A DNA stretch of 62,011 bases, counting the filler. It is 12 parts of 12 records of this genome, joined end to end, with 100 filler letters (N's around TTAATTAATTAA, not from the genome) between each part and the next. Parts side by side here need not be neighbours in the genome. Positions count along the whole stretch, not along the records: positions 45,503 to 49,284 come from SRR7504441_16335; positions 49,385 to 53,139 come from SRR7504441_16338; positions 53,240 to 58,898 come from SRR7504441_16345; 9 more parts are not named here. The stretch is one strand, 5' to 3'. Made by a program: the position numbers and the translations under genes. Shown one piece after another: positions 45,860 to 58,383 of this stretch. Positions within the stretch are counted from its first letter, which is position 1. The number at the start of each line of letters is the position of its first letter. The notes below the pieces were generated by a model, which was not told the DNA's origin, searched no databases, and was given only the letters and a program-made list of their open reading frames with translations.

Positions 45860-47458
45860 ATGGCGGAACTGCCGAGCCCAGCAGCGCTCCGAGCGAGCTC
45901 AGGCTCAGCACTCCGAGCGAGCTTGATATACCGGGAGAAGCTCAGACCACCCACGACAGATTGCAGGGCCGAGCAGTCAGCGGACCTGGAGAACTCTCTA
46001 CTGCCGGAGACCCGCGACACCAAGTGGAAACAGAGTGCGCTGTTGAGCTTCTCGCTGGCGTGCCTGTTCACCCAGTACATGCTACTGACATTCCTGGTGT
46101 GCCCCGGTTGCGGGATAGGTGGACTGATCTCGGCCGGGCAGGCGCCCTTCTTGCCGCGCGTGGCAGATGAGCACGGGGTGAGCTCCTCGCTGGTCGGTCT
46201 CATCCTGGCCTCCGACGCCATCGCCACGTGCATCTTCTCACCGGTGATAGGCTTCCTGATGACCGAGGCCCGGAGGCGGCGGTTTCTGATGTTGGGGCTC
46301 GGGCTGGTCTCGGCCAGCTGCCTGGCCATGGGTTTCATACCGGATCATCTGGAGGGAGGCTCGATGGTGCCTCCATTCGTGGTTGTGCGCCTGCTGCAGG
46401 GCCTCGGTGGGGCAATGGTCGAGATTTCTGCCTATGGCCAACTGCTAAACACGTTCGCCGGGCAGCGGGGGAAGGTTATGGCTATGTCTGAGACATGTAT
46501 CGGCCTTGGGGTGATTGCGGGGCCCCCCTTTGGTGGAGTCATGTACGAGCTCGGTAACGGTGGCGAAGACTTCTCGCTGCCCTGCTTTGTACTTGCAGCC
46601 TTCCCGTTTGTCTTATTGCCACTCGCTGTAGTTTGCATGCCGGGGGAGTCGACAGCGTCGGACGAGCAAGCCGAGCTAATGTCCCAGAGCACGCAGCTCG
46701 AGGACACAAAGCCCACCAAACCGTTCGATCGCAGTGTGATGCTCAGCTCGCCCTTCCTGATCACGGTCGTGTGCGTGGTACTCTCTTCGTCTGCGCTATG
46801 CTTCATTGACCCCGTGCTGGCTCCTTACCTCCAGCAGCAGTACGGGCTTAGTTCAGGGCTGGCTGGAGTCTTCTTCATGATCCCGGGCTTGGTGTATATT
46901 CTGAGTGCAATGGCCACGGGATCTCTCGTAGATACCTTTGGAGACTCAGACACACCAAACCAAGAGTGAGTACCCATAAACAGAGCTGCCTGACCGTCTG
47001 ACTGCGACTGCAGGGCGCGCCTCAAGCGGCTTGGTCTAATCGGGTTTGCATTATTAGCCATCAGTTACCTTTTCATGGCTCCTGTGTTTGCAAAGAGGAC
47101 CTTTGAGAACCTAGGAGTGCTCAGTGCGGCGCTGGTGGTGATGGGGATCGGAGTGGGATTAACTATTCTGCCGACAGTATCTGACATGCAAAGCATCGCA
47201 GAGAGGCACTGTGGGAAGGCCGACTCGACCTTAACCTCGAAGGTGGCTGGATTGTGGGGCTCCGCATTCGGGGCGGGTGCTGCTCTCGGCCCGCTTGTGG
47301 GAGGCGGGCTTGATACCGCTGTCGGGATGAATTGGGGGGCGTTTGCATTCGCAATGGTATGTTGTGTTGGCATGATGCTCAATGCCTACGGGGTGGTGGC
47401 TGCGAAAGCTAGGGAGAAGCAACAAAAGCGGTTGATGAGCTCATCTCATGATCAGTGA
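45860..47458 (+). CDS. MFS transporter (SLC18/VMAT-like)
   Basis: APFLP, VRLLQGLG, GVIAGPPFGGVMY and DPVLAPYL. Intron at 46966-47013 and a probable in-frame intron near 46097-46141. Confidence 0.85.
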
Positions 47459-47598
47459 TGAAATGCTATGCTCAATGCTATTGAAAACCACTAAAATCAA
47501 CATTAAAAAAGGGTAAGGGTTAGGGTTTTCACTAAAATAGATTGAAACCACTTTCCGTTGCTCTAGTGGGTTGGCGTTAGCACAATCCTGAATAAAGT

Positions 47599-48231
47599 AT
47601 GACGTGGTCCCGGCTGTTGAACGGAACGCACGCGGGCGACGAGATGGCGATGCCGACAACCGGGCTGACGACGGACGAGCTACCCAATGCGCGCGAGATC
47701 CAGCCCAATCCAATGCGCGAGCTCGGGGCCTCCTCCATGTGTGCGGATGCAGACATCCGTACAGCTGTCGGCGCGTGGTTGAGCGCCGAGAAGGGCCGGG
47801 TCGCCCTAGAGCAGAAGGAGCGGATCGCACGGCAAGAGAAGGGGCTGATCCGGGCGCTCGAGGCAGACCGGCAGGAGAGCCGCCTGCTGGCCGCCCGGAA
47901 GGCGGACCAGCGGGTGAAGATGTCCGCCGGGGCCCGGGATATGGAGTGGGTTAAGGCACTCAAGGCACTCAGGCGAACTGAGTGCGAGCTCCGGCTCGAG
48001 ACCGGCGACCAGGAGGTCACAAGCACCCGCGCTGATCGGTACGAGACGGGCCAAACAGGACAGACGGAGCGGCTTGAGCCAGAGGTGAGTGACGAAGTGA
48101 AGCCGGGCGAGTGCTTGCTCCAAGAAGCCCGGAGCGCGTGGGCGCGTGCCGGGCCGGTCGGGCGTTGGGACGTGACTGGCATAAGAGATATGATGTGCCT
48201 GTTCAACGGTGCCGATCTTGACAGCTGCTAG
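47599..48231 (+). CDS. Hypothetical protein with charged helical segment
   Basis: 210-aa ATG-started ORF with coding-like composition, flanked by AT-rich intergenic DNA. Confidence 0.5.
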   Translation: MTWSRLLNGTHAGDEMAMPTTGLTTDELPNAREIQPNPMRELGASSMCADADIRTAVGAWLSAEKGRVALEQKERIARQEKGLIRALEADRQESRLLAARKADQRVKMSAGARDMEWVKALKALRRTECELRLETGDQEVTSTRADRYETGQTGQTERLEPEVSDEVKPGECLLQEARSAWARAGPVGRWDVTGIRDMMCLFNGADLDSC

Positions 48232-48353
48232 AGCCACCGCTGCCCAGTGATCGTCCACAAAGGTGCAAGGTTGTACTGATACAGTACGATCATGATTGTA
48301 TACTAGCAATTCTTTCACTTTAATGTCAAGGCACAATGTAGACAGAATGTACA

Positions 48354-49284
48354 TTAAAAGTTCCGGCCATGAACCGACTCAGCCCGAGCCACTTCGACAT
48401 GAGCCCACTCGTGCACTGAATCTCGTATGGCATCGTCATGTACCCGGCTAGGCACGGCACACGAGTCCCTCAGGGGCCGCTGTGAGAGCTGGCTCGGCCA
48501 GCCAGGGACTGCAGCTCTGACGCGGCGCGAAGACACCTCACGCACCTCTAGATACCGCCTCAGCCGCCCATTGGCCTCGCTAGCCATCCCAGCGGGCAGC
48601 ATCCCGTTCCTTTGCGCAGCTGCAAACTCCTCAATTGAGATCACGCCGTCGTGATTAGTGTCGATCAGGTCAAACAGCTTGTTCGGGTCCGGATCAACGC
48701 TCTGATCGGGCGGCCTCTCTGCCGGGATTTTGAGCTCAGTTGGCATCTTTGAAAGCTTGCCCAGGAGCTCGTCGAATTCGCCCTGTAGCGACCCGCCAAC
48801 GGAATCGACGCACAGCTGCATCTTGGCGACGCGCCACTTTGACTTGAAATTGTTCAGACTGGTCATCAATGCCACCGTCTGACGGGCGCGGCAGGCTCCA
48901 GTGATGGCCTTAAACATCGCAGACGCAGTCATACGCGAGACTAGACACTCAGCAGCGCCGGTTATCTTTCGCAGCTCGGCCAGCCTGCTGCCCACATGCT
49001 CGGACCTGTTCCGGTACCATGAATGCACCAGCCGAGCCATCCGCCGCCTCCCAGCCCGGACCGCGCCGTGCAGCAAGAGCCGCACAGCGCCTCTCTTAGA
49101 CTCCAAACGGACTTGGCGGCCGATTCCTGCGAGCCGCGAAGAAGAGGTGAGCTCTTGTTTTAGAGTGTTGGCCTGTTGTTTGAGGGCGTCAGCGTTCTGC
49201 TGTGCGACTTGAAGCTGGAGTTTGAGCTCGGTGGCTTGAGCATCTCGCGTGCTGTGACGCGCTTCATCTGTCGACGAGACCAGC
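48354..49284 (-). CDS. EF-hand-containing protein, C-terminal fragment
   Basis: LFDLIDTNHDGVISIEEF. The frame appears to run toward the contig edge. Confidence 0.6.
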
Positions 49285-49632
49285 NNNNNNNNNNNNNNNN
49301 NNNNNNNNNNNNNNNNNNNNNNNNNNNNTTAATTAATTAANNNNNNNNNNNNNNNNNNNNNNNNNNNNNNNNNNNNNNNNNNNNCCAGAATTTGTGAAAA
49401 TTTGGTGATTATCGAGATCCCAACAGCATCCCAACCGACCCAACGCCGGGTGACGGGGTGACCGAGGCAATTTAAATACCCAATTCGGTAGGACTAGTGT
49501 ATTGTCCAATAGCTGTATACAGAACACCGGATTCTCATGATCAACAAAGAGCTTATGATTATTGGCTCTCGAGAGCTCCTAGTATATACCCAGTTATCTA
49601 TTACATATCCTGCTCTAAAATCATCCATCTTG

Positions 49633-50826
49633 CTAAAATGCAAAACCCAAGATATCGCCGAGCTTCGACCCTCGGTCATAGTGCCATGTCCCACCTCCGA
49701 CTTTGTGCTTGTGGGCATGCTGTGTGGAGAGCACCTCGCCGGTATTAGCATCAATCAGGTCGTAACGATAATTCCGGTGCCGCGCATGCCATGGCCCTGC
49801 TTGCAGCTTGCAGAAGACTCTTGCACCGGGCTGGTCCTCCGCACAAGCAAAGGCGCGTGTATAATTCTCCTGTGTGTAGTGGAAATGCCGGACCAGCTTA
49901 GCCTTTACATCTCCTCCCGAAGGGACCAGTCGGTACAATGAGGCGCCGCTCGCATCCTGGGCTGGGGCTCTTGGGAAGACCCACGCCAGTATGTGCGGCT
50001 GATGGCTGGAGTGCACGCCGGGGCCGGCCTGAGCAGTCACCAGAAAGTCAGGGGCGTGGTGCATGTCCAGCCGTGTGCTTCGCTCGGAACCCGATTCCAG
50101 ATCAAACTGAACCAGCCACCCGTCGATTGTAGCCACAACAGTCTTGCCTGCGAGCAGCACTGCTCCTGAGCCCCATTCAGTCAGTGCATCGGGCTTCTTG
50201 CCAACAGAATGCCCAAACGAGCTGGTTAGCAGCCTCGGCTGGCCACCCGGCCGCAACGCCCATATGGTGCTGTTGTAATTGGCCGGGCAGCAGTCCGTGG
50301 ACAGGCTGACGCCCAGCAGAGACCCGTCAGGCGCGAGGCCCACCAGCTCGATCGAGCCTACCAGGGAAAGGTTGCCCAGTCCGCCCACCACCCAGGCCGC
50401 CGCAGGGCAATGCTCCGAGGCCCCGTCCCACTCTCCGGAGCATGTGTCGCTGCAGTCTTGCCCTGGGTACCCTTTGGCCACCCAGGCCAGCAGCGGCCGC
50501 TTGCCCCGGCTGTTGCTGCAGCAGCAATGCGAGCCTGAGCTGCCGCACTCGCCCGGCCACGGGTTGGCGCAGCCCTCCGGGCGTGCTCTAACCTCCCAAA
50601 GCCGCTTCCTGCCGTCGATCGCGTAGAAGCCGGTGCCGTCTTGGCTGGGCAGCCCGGGCCCGAACTCGTCCGCGTACGAGTCGCCCAGCGAGAGGTTGAG
50701 CAGCGGGCGGCTGCTCCCGTCGGCCGGACCGAAGCGGAGTAGGGTGGTTTGGTTGTCCGTGCCAGTCGAATACCAGTCGTGGGAGAGCGATATGATGGTG
50801 GCCGCCAGGCTGGCCGCTCCGATCAT
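49633..50826 (-). CDS. Secreted hypothetical protein with Cys-rich insert
   Basis: Hydrophobic N-terminus and Cys-rich CANPWPGECG...HCCCS...CSDTC segment. Beta-rich remainder. Intronless. Confidence 0.6.
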   Translation of the reverse strand: MIGAASLAATIISLSHDWYSTGTDNQTTLLRFGPADGSSRPLLNLSLGDSYADEFGPGLPSQDGTGFYAIDGRKRLWEVRARPEGCANPWPGECGSSGSHCCCSNSRGKRPLLAWVAKGYPGQDCSDTCSGEWDGASEHCPAAAWVVGGLGNLSLVGSIELVGLAPDGSLLGVSLSTDCCPANYNSTIWALRPGGQPRLLTSSFGHSVGKKPDALTEWGSGAVLLAGKTVVATIDGWLVQFDLESGSERSTRLDMHHAPDFLVTAQAGPGVHSSHQPHILAWVFPRAPAQDASGASLYRLVPSGGDVKAKLVRHFHYTQENYTRAFACAEDQPGARVFCKLQAGPWHARHRNYRYDLIDANTGEVLSTQHAHKHKVGGGTWHYDRGSKLGDILGFAF

Positions 50827-51041
50827 CTCAGCAGCCGCCTGCAGCGGGCGTACGACTCTCTAGATCCCAGCGACTCTTCACGTGCAGCCAGGTCCGAATT
50901 CGGTTGGATGTGCTGTCTGGCTTTGTGGGCCGTCCCCAGAAATAATTATATTTTTCATGCTGGACCCATCAAATAGTTAAGTACACGATTGCTATTGTAA
51001 TAAGATTTGTAAGGAAATCAAACAACAATTAACCCAGCTAA

Positions 51042-53139
51042 TCAAATCAGGAGGACGTCAGCTACTCCCGGCGGAGTCAGCGACCTAACTCTGCTCTCCC
51101 ACCACAGGTCTATTAACGGCTGCTTAGGACTCTTTAAGCCTCCCAGCTGGCCAGGATGCGGGTAGGCTGTGATAGCGTCTCTATCTAACTCCGTCGGAGG
51201 ACTGACTGTGCTGCCAATTGGACTGCCACATGTCCTGCGAGGCTCATCTGCAATATCTGCGTGCACCTCATCCTCCACAACTGGCTGTGCAGGCTGTGCA
51301 ACGGCCGTGAGGGCCTTGATGGCCTGTGAGGCGGCGGCCTGTACTTCCTGACTTGGTGACCCTGGATTGGGGGCTTCGAGCAGCTGCTGTGCCTCCTTTA
51401 TAGCAGCCCACATGGGCCCATTGGGGCTCACATCTTCTTCAGTGAAGCCAGAGATCTGACCAGTCAGGCACTGCTGGATGTAAACCAAAGCACGCTTGTA
51501 TCGGTCTCCATCTGTTGTGCTGACTGGCTGTTCCCGTTGAGCACTCTTAGCAAAGTCGGTAAACATGGCATCGAGCTGCTGCTCCGCCTGCGCCAGCTCG
51601 TCTGTCTTGGTCGCTAGTTGTGCATTAAGTTGGTCCACCCGAGCTACCAGCTCGGCCTCTTTGGCCTGCCATTCGTTGCTCTTCTCATGCCGCCACTGCA
51701 GCGAGTGCGATTTGAACTGCTCCATCTCGTCGCGAGCGATGATCCGGCGAACTTTATCGCCCACCAACTCGCGTGCCTTCTGTGCACGTAACTTCCTATT
51801 GACAGTGTCGTGAGACTCCTTCAGTTCAGATCCAGCTTGCTCTGACATTGTCAAAGCAGCCTCCGCTTGCCGTTGCTGCTTGTCACTATGCTTCATCTCC
51901 AAAGCGATATCATCATGCTTCTTCTCCCACGTCGCCTTCTCAGCACTCATGCTTGCCAGCTCTTCCCGAGTTTTGACCAGCAGCTCCTCCTGTTCTTTCA
52001 TCTGACGAGTTACTAATATGTGCGACTCACCTGCAGCCGTCTTATCAGCCTCCAGTTTGGAGATCTGGATACGGGTCTGAGGCAGCTCAGCCCCAAGCTC
52101 TTGTATGTGCTCAACCAGCGCAGTCTTAACTTCGCTCCAGCCCGCCTCGTCCACTCCCCACAGATTCATCATCTCTTGGCTCTGCCTGTCGAGCCGTTGC
52201 CCTGCCTGTATTTCCTGCAGCAGCAGCGCTTGTTCTCGCGTCCACATTTGCTTGTCTTCCTGAAGTATGACCTGCAGACTGTGTTTGGTCTTAGTGAGCT
52301 CTTCAAAAACATCCTCTTTGAGATCAGCGCTGCTGCCGGTAGTCTTCGACACTATCTGCTGCTGGACTTTAGTCCACTCGACTTGATTTTGCTCGAGCTT
52401 CTGGCTAAGCTCTAAACGCTCCTGGTTGGCCTTCTCCTCAGCTCGCGCCAGCACCGACCGCAGCTCCACTAGCTCACCCTCGGCCCGTGCCAGTGCCTCC
52501 TCCTGCTCGTGTAAGTCTGCCTCCAGCTTGGCTTTCTCATCCTGCCACTGCGACTCACTGGTCTGCCGCGTGGTGAGCTCAGCCTGGGCTTTGGACAGTC
52601 GAGCAGTCTGATCCTGGACAGTAGCATGCAGTGCGCTATGCTCCTGCTCCAGACTCACCTTGAGTGCATCAGCTGTCACAGCTGCAGAAGCTGCCCTCCG
52701 GTTGCTGGCTCTCTCCGCCTCAAGATCTGCCTTAAGCTCGAGCAGCTGTGACTCCAGCTGACCTACCTCAACCTTAGCATTCTGCCTGACCTCCGACAGC
52801 TGCTTTTCTAGCTGCTCCAGCTGCCTGCTTGCCCTCGCGCTGGCTTCTTGCGCTACCTGCGCTGACGTGGCCTCCGTAGCGCATTCACTCATATAATCCT
52901 CAGCCGCTTTCTGTGCCGCTACCAATGCACGCTTGGTTCTATCCAACTCGATCTGCAGCTCTGAAGTCCTGGCCTCCGCCACCTCCAAATCATCCTCGGC
53001 AGCAGCAGCTTTCACCGACGACTGCCTTGCAGCTATTAGCGCTGCCTTGGCCTCACTTAGCTCAGCCTGCAGCTCGGCAATCCGCTCATTGCTTGCCTTC
53101 TCGGCCGCTGCAGCCGCAGCCATCCATTTGCTGGAGTTC
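51042..53139 (-). CDS. Long coiled-coil protein; 5' truncated
   Basis: About 700-aa E/A/Q/K/L-rich ORF with heptad periodicity. Confidence 0.75.
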
Positions 53140-53239
53140 NNNNNNNNNNNNNNNNNNNNNNNNNNNNNNNNNNNNNNNNNNNNTTAATTAATTAANNNNN
53201 NNNNNNNNNNNNNNNNNNNNNNNNNNNNNNNNNNNNNNN

Positions 53240-55253
53240 GCGATGCTTGTCGAGAACCACGACGGCCGGTCCGAGCTGGCCACCGCGATGGGCCTGATCG
53301 GAGTCTCGTACGGGGTCGGCATGACTGCCGGCTCGGCCGTCGGGGGGATGCTGGGGGTGGTCGACCTGAGGCTGCCCTATGTGGCTGGGGCGGGGGTGCT
53401 GCTGCTGGCGCTGGCGCATCTGGTGCTGGTGGTGCCGGAGCAGGGCAGGCAGTCCAAGCCTTTCGACTGGCAGCTGCTCAACCCGTTCAGCACGCTGATG
53501 GTCCTGTGGGAGACCAGCGGGCTGCGCCGGCTGTTTCTAATCTACGGGCTGCATGTGTTCGCCATGGCTGTCTTCGACATCTGGGTGCTGTACGCCAGCC
53601 TCAGGTTTGGCTGGAATGTGGAGCAGAATGGGTATTTTCTCTCAGCGCTCGGGCTCGCCGTGGTGGTGGCCCAGGGCCTGCTGCTCGGCTGGCTCTCGCC
53701 GGCCCTCGGGGAGCGCCGGCTGCTCACGCTGTGCATGCTGCTGCACGGTGTCGAGTTCTGGCTGCTCGGGCTGGCCACAAAAGGCTGGCAGCCGTACGCG
53801 ATTGTAGCCGTGCTGGTGGTGGGCAAGATGGTCTGGCCGCTCCAGCGGGCGATGGTGGCCAGGCAGGTGTCGGCCAGCCGCCAAGGTCAGCTGATGGGCG
53901 CGCTCGGCGCAGTGCACAACATGAGTGAAGTGCTTGCACCGCCACTCTTCGGAACGCTGTTCGCGGTGCTCGCCAACAAGGCCGACGAGATGGACGCCCC
54001 GCCGAGCGTGTGGTGGCTCGGCACGCCTTTCTTCGTGGCTGGCAGTTTGTATCTGCTGGCCTGCGTGATCTGGATCCGGGTCGGGCAGTCAATCTCGCTC
54101 GAGCAGCCCGAGGACTCGGTGATGCTCAGGACGCTCGCCCTGCCCGAGTTTGGCGGGAAGTCGCCGCGCGGACACAGCGACTATGTGCTCGCCTGCCGCT
54201 TCCACCCGGACGGCAAGACGATCGCCAGTGGTGGGCACGACTGCAAGATCAAGATCTGGAGTGTGCAGGACGGCAGGTGCACGAAGAGCATCAACGCGCA
54301 CAGCCAGCCGGTGCTCTGCCTGGATTTCACCCCGGAGGGCGACTGCCTGGCCTCGGGCGGCAAGGGTGGGTTCGTTCGGCTGTGGGACACCACCAGCTAC
54401 AAGTGCTTCAAGGAACTGACAGGGCACAAGAGCGAGGTACGTTACCTACGATTCTCGGACGACGGCTGCTGGCTGGCCACTGTAGGGTACGCTGCCCCAC
54501 GGTGCAGTGCATTGAGACTGTGCGGACAGGTATGACAGCACAGTGAGGCTGTGGATCTTCGACGACAAGCCAAACACCCCGGATCGGCACATTTCAGACG
54601 ACGAGATCCGGCTGTGCTACACATGGGAGGGACATAAGGGGTTTGTGCGTTGCTGTGCCTGGTCTCCAGATTCAAGGGTGGTCGGCTCTTGTGGAGACGA
54701 CAAGACGATCCGCCTGTGGGACGTGCCTGAACTGGAGACGGCTTGCACCGAGCCTCAGCAGGCCCCGACCTCGAAAGTGCTCACTGGGCATCAGCATCAG
54801 GTGTTTGCTGTCGCATTCAGTCCTGACAATTGCACGATGGCCTCGGGCGCATATGACGACACCTTGAAGCTGTGGAACTACCGACTAGAGACATGCTTGG
54901 TCACCTTGCCGATTGGTGCGCACGTGTTGTCTTGTGACTTTGGACCCAAGGGCGAGTACGTGGTTGCTGTCGGCGACGATAAGATTTTGCATCTGTATAA
55001 TGTGGAGGCTCAGAAGGAGGTTTGTCTGACGCCGGCGAGCCGTTTGACTGTGGTGCAGGTGGCCCAGCTTGTAGGCCACTCGGACTCGTCATTCGGCGTT
55101 GACTTCAGCCCTGTAGAGAATCTGATTGTCAGTGGATCACATGACAGAACAATCAAGATCTGGGATTGGGCACGAGCAATTAACGAGTTTGGGCTAGGGG
55201 CGACAGAGGGAGTTGAACTAGCGATGGTAACTCCAAGGCTCGAAGAAAATTAG
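53240..55253 (+). CDS. MFS transporter (TetA/MFSD14-like) fused to a C-terminal WD40 propeller; 5' truncated
   Basis: TM helices with LNPF, RFGW, LGERR and QGQLMGAL run in frame into WD40 repeats (GHSDYVLACRFHPDG...). Introns at 54487-54529 and 55020-55058. Confidence 0.82.
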
Positions 55254-55599
55254 TTGGGCCAGTTTGCCCTTTTGAGTCTTGGCACGGGAAGCCTGATCAT
55301 CTACACTAGGTACTACGACGATACTAATTGCTATGCTACGGTGCTCTATCCTTTGACACCATTAGCACTACTAAAGTCTTTGACTAAACAAAGTATAAAC
55401 AAATAATAACCAAAGGTTCGAAGCAATATGAGACGATCGTACTACGTCTTAATCAAAGCTGCAATGGCTAATGCCATTCATAAAATTAATGAAGACAATG
55501 AAATTTTAAGTCAAAGGTATTGCTTCGCAGTATACACTATACAATTATCGTACAATTATGTCATGGACGGATATTTAGAATGGGCGTCGGAGAATTTTG

Positions 55600-58206
55600 T
55601 CAACTGACTAGCTCAGTAGGTTCTTCATCATGGATGCTCTTCGGGATTACTTGAATTTCGACCGCACCATTCACATCGGGGCCAGGTTCGGGACTAGGAT
55701 CGCTACTGTTGCAGCATGCCTGTTGCATACAATGTGCGAAGCAATACACTGCGGGTTGGAGCCAAAGCGCTTGCAACAGCCCTAAGCAAACAATCCCAAA
55801 AAGCATCTTGAACATGTTTTTCATGATCCCGCTGCTCCCGAGGGCAAGCGCACTCACCGCTAGCAGTGTAGTGATTCCTCCATTTAAGATGGCACCGCCC
55901 ATGTTTTTGATACTGTCTGCAGTCCGATGTTGCAAGGTGAGGTCATGATTCTGGACTGATGCAACCCTGATGCAGATGTGAAGAGAATAGTCGACAGCAA
56001 ACCCAGCTGCCAACATCAAGGCTGTCACTGTGACTGCGTTGAATCTGAGGTCTAGCCACCACATGTATGCTAGCAGCTCCAAGTACATGGTTGCAATGAG
56101 CAGCACTGCAATCAAAGTAATTAGTGGAGACCAAAGCATGACGAGCGTCACGGCAGCTACGCATGCACCTGACACTAGCATTGCCTGCCAAGCTTCGCTT
56201 TTTAGACTCTTTATCTGGTCGTATTCGAGGTATTCTTCACCAGAAGCGAACGAAATACTGCTCAATCCAAGTAAGTCAATCTTGTCCGCAAGGTCGTCCA
56301 TCGCATCAATCATTTTCTGTGTGCTGTCCAGCGGCCGGCGATGGCACCAGAATCTTGTGACTAGACCCACCCCGGTACCTGAGACAGCTTGACTGTACGC
56401 GCTGCCAGATGTCCCAGTCCACTCGACTAACTTCTCTCGGTATTGGCTTTCTGATGATATAGAAATGCTATTTGCGGTGAGGTAATCCATAAATGGAGTG
56501 TACCATGTACTGACACGCACATACATCTGAGTGGCACTAAACTGTATAGCTGCCTCGAGACTTGCCAGTGCACCCTGAGTTGCTACTGTAGAGTACTCAG
56601 CCCCGGTCTCAAACATGATATCCACCCTCAGCGGCGTTCCAGAATAATAATCATCAGCTCCTTCGAGATACTTGTAGTAGTAGCTAGATGTCGGGTAATA
56701 ATCGGCAGCCTTGAAGCCTGCCTCGAGTTCAAGCACTGCTATTATGCCAACAGCTGACCAAGCCACAAACAGGATGCACGTGATCACAACAAACCAGCCA
56801 CTGCTAGGCCCTGCAAGGAATCTAGCATACGCGTCCATCAGTCGTGACAAGAGGTCAAACAGTGAACATCTACAAGGAGACTGTGATTCCACAGTGTCAG
56901 TCTCATCCGAGGTTGCTCTCTCGAGTGTGTGTGCATCGTCATCGCCTTTAGATTCACTTGGCTCGAGCCCTATAGATGGCACTGGCTCCGAGGTCTGTGC
57001 CTGGCTAGTTGGAGTCTCTGTGGAGGGCTGAGCAGGAGTGCAGCAAGCAAGCACCGAGACAAGGAGCGAGATGTGGAGTGAAAAGTCGAGAAGCGTGCCA
57101 AGCAGACAGTAAATAGCAAAGTATCTCAGGGCATCAATCGCTGAAAAGACGCCACCGACAAATATTACTGCGGTGGTGAGAGTAGTCAGGGTGATTGCAG
57201 GGCCGGCGTGCCCAAGTGCCCTCGCTAAGCGCTCTTCATTCTCCAACTCTACTGGCTGCTCAGCAAAACAGCTGATGATCACAAAGCAATCGTCGATCCC
57301 TATACCCATCAGCAGGAATGCAGCAATCGGAGTAGCAGAATGGAAAGGAACGCCAAAACCAGCCGCAAGGCCAAATCCTGCAGCAACTGCTAGCAAGGTC
57401 ACACCTACGCCTGCTAAACCAATGAGGCTGAAGCAAGCCCCACTGCCAGCGAGAGCCAGAGGCACATACAGTGACAGCAGCCCCACGGATAGAGCGACTA
57501 GCACCATATCGCCACCAATTGCGGCATTGAGCTCTTCATCTTGCGAATCGGGGATCTCATAGAGCACTTCTAAACCAAGTTCTGCTGGATAGCCACTTGT
57601 CATTACAGATTGGAATGCAGACTGATCGCCAGACTCAACCTGCAACCGGAACGAGCTAGCATCCGTCAGCTGGCCATCGCTGCTGCTCACTCCGCCGACC
57701 ATTCCTTGAGCTATCAGTTGGTCCAGTGAGTTATCGGCATGTGACATGAGCCGGCCGATAAGCTCGGATTTGGTAGTTTGCGAGATCGTAGTAGCGTCAT
57801 AACTATAGAGTGTCAACACACTGTAGGCTTTCGAGCTGTCATCAAGCGTGCAGTACCGGCAGCCATTGACATCACGGATCCGTGTGTATAGATCTAGCAC
57901 CGCCTGGACTGTCTGTGCGTCCAGGACACTTCCGCCGTCCTGACGGAACAGCAGGGCGGTCGCGTAGCTGGGCACGTAGAATCGGGACAGGAGGCGCTCG
58001 CGCTGGCTGTACGTCTCGGAGCCGGTCGGGACCCAGATCTCGAGCGTGTCGGTCATCTCCAGGTTTAGAAACCCTGCCAAGCATGCCACAGAACAGACCA
58101 GGCTCGCCACAATGACAGTGCACCGCCAGCGATGCGCCGTCCGACCCCACCAGGCAAAGATGCGCTCAAAGCCCGCCATGCACTCCGCTCTGCTGGGGCA
58201 CCCCAT
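55600..58206 (-). CDS. Patched/NPC1-like sterol-sensing RND membrane protein
   Basis: LLMGIGIDD, GPAITLTTLT, GFAVDYSLH and GGAILNGGITT in a two-half RND architecture. Intronless, 868 aa. Confidence 0.88.
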   Translation of the reverse strand: MGCPSRAECMAGFERIFAWWGRTAHRWRCTVIVASLVCSVACLAGFLNLEMTDTLEIWVPTGSETYSQRERLLSRFYVPSYATALLFRQDGGSVLDAQTVQAVLDLYTRIRDVNGCRYCTLDDSSKAYSVLTLYSYDATTISQTTKSELIGRLMSHADNSLDQLIAQGMVGGVSSSDGQLTDASSFRLQVESGDQSAFQSVMTSGYPAELGLEVLYEIPDSQDEELNAAIGGDMVLVALSVGLLSLYVPLALAGSGACFSLIGLAGVGVTLLAVAAGFGLAAGFGVPFHSATPIAAFLLMGIGIDDCFVIISCFAEQPVELENEERLARALGHAGPAITLTTLTTAVIFVGGVFSAIDALRYFAIYCLLGTLLDFSLHISLLVSVLACCTPAQPSTETPTSQAQTSEPVPSIGLEPSESKGDDDAHTLERATSDETDTVESQSPCRCSLFDLLSRLMDAYARFLAGPSSGWFVVITCILFVAWSAVGIIAVLELEAGFKAADYYPTSSYYYKYLEGADDYYSGTPLRVDIMFETGAEYSTVATQGALASLEAAIQFSATQMYVRVSTWYTPFMDYLTANSISISSESQYREKLVEWTGTSGSAYSQAVSGTGVGLVTRFWCHRRPLDSTQKMIDAMDDLADKIDLLGLSSISFASGEEYLEYDQIKSLKSEAWQAMLVSGACVAAVTLVMLWSPLITLIAVLLIATMYLELLAYMWWLDLRFNAVTVTALMLAAGFAVDYSLHICIRVASVQNHDLTLQHRTADSIKNMGGAILNGGITTLLAVSALALGSSGIMKNMFKMLFGIVCLGLLQALWLQPAVYCFAHCMQQACCNSSDPSPEPGPDVNGAVEIQVIPKSIHDEEPTELVS

Positions 58207-58383
58207 CGGCCGGGCGGGCTACAGGCTGGGCGCGACAGGCTGTAGGCGCCTTAGGCCGATGGGCACAGGCGGGAGCTTTTGGAAGGCACTGCTGCTTCAG
58301 GAAGATCTGTCTGATCAGCTTCTCAACGGATTCAAGTCCCCAGGGACGAGTCCGGACGACTCGTGCAGGTGGGACCCGCCGGG

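Noticed and set aside
47508-47528. Telomere-like AGGGTAAGGGTTAGGGTT
   Set aside because: There is only one perfect TTAGGG unit, internal to a contig, which is too short to call.
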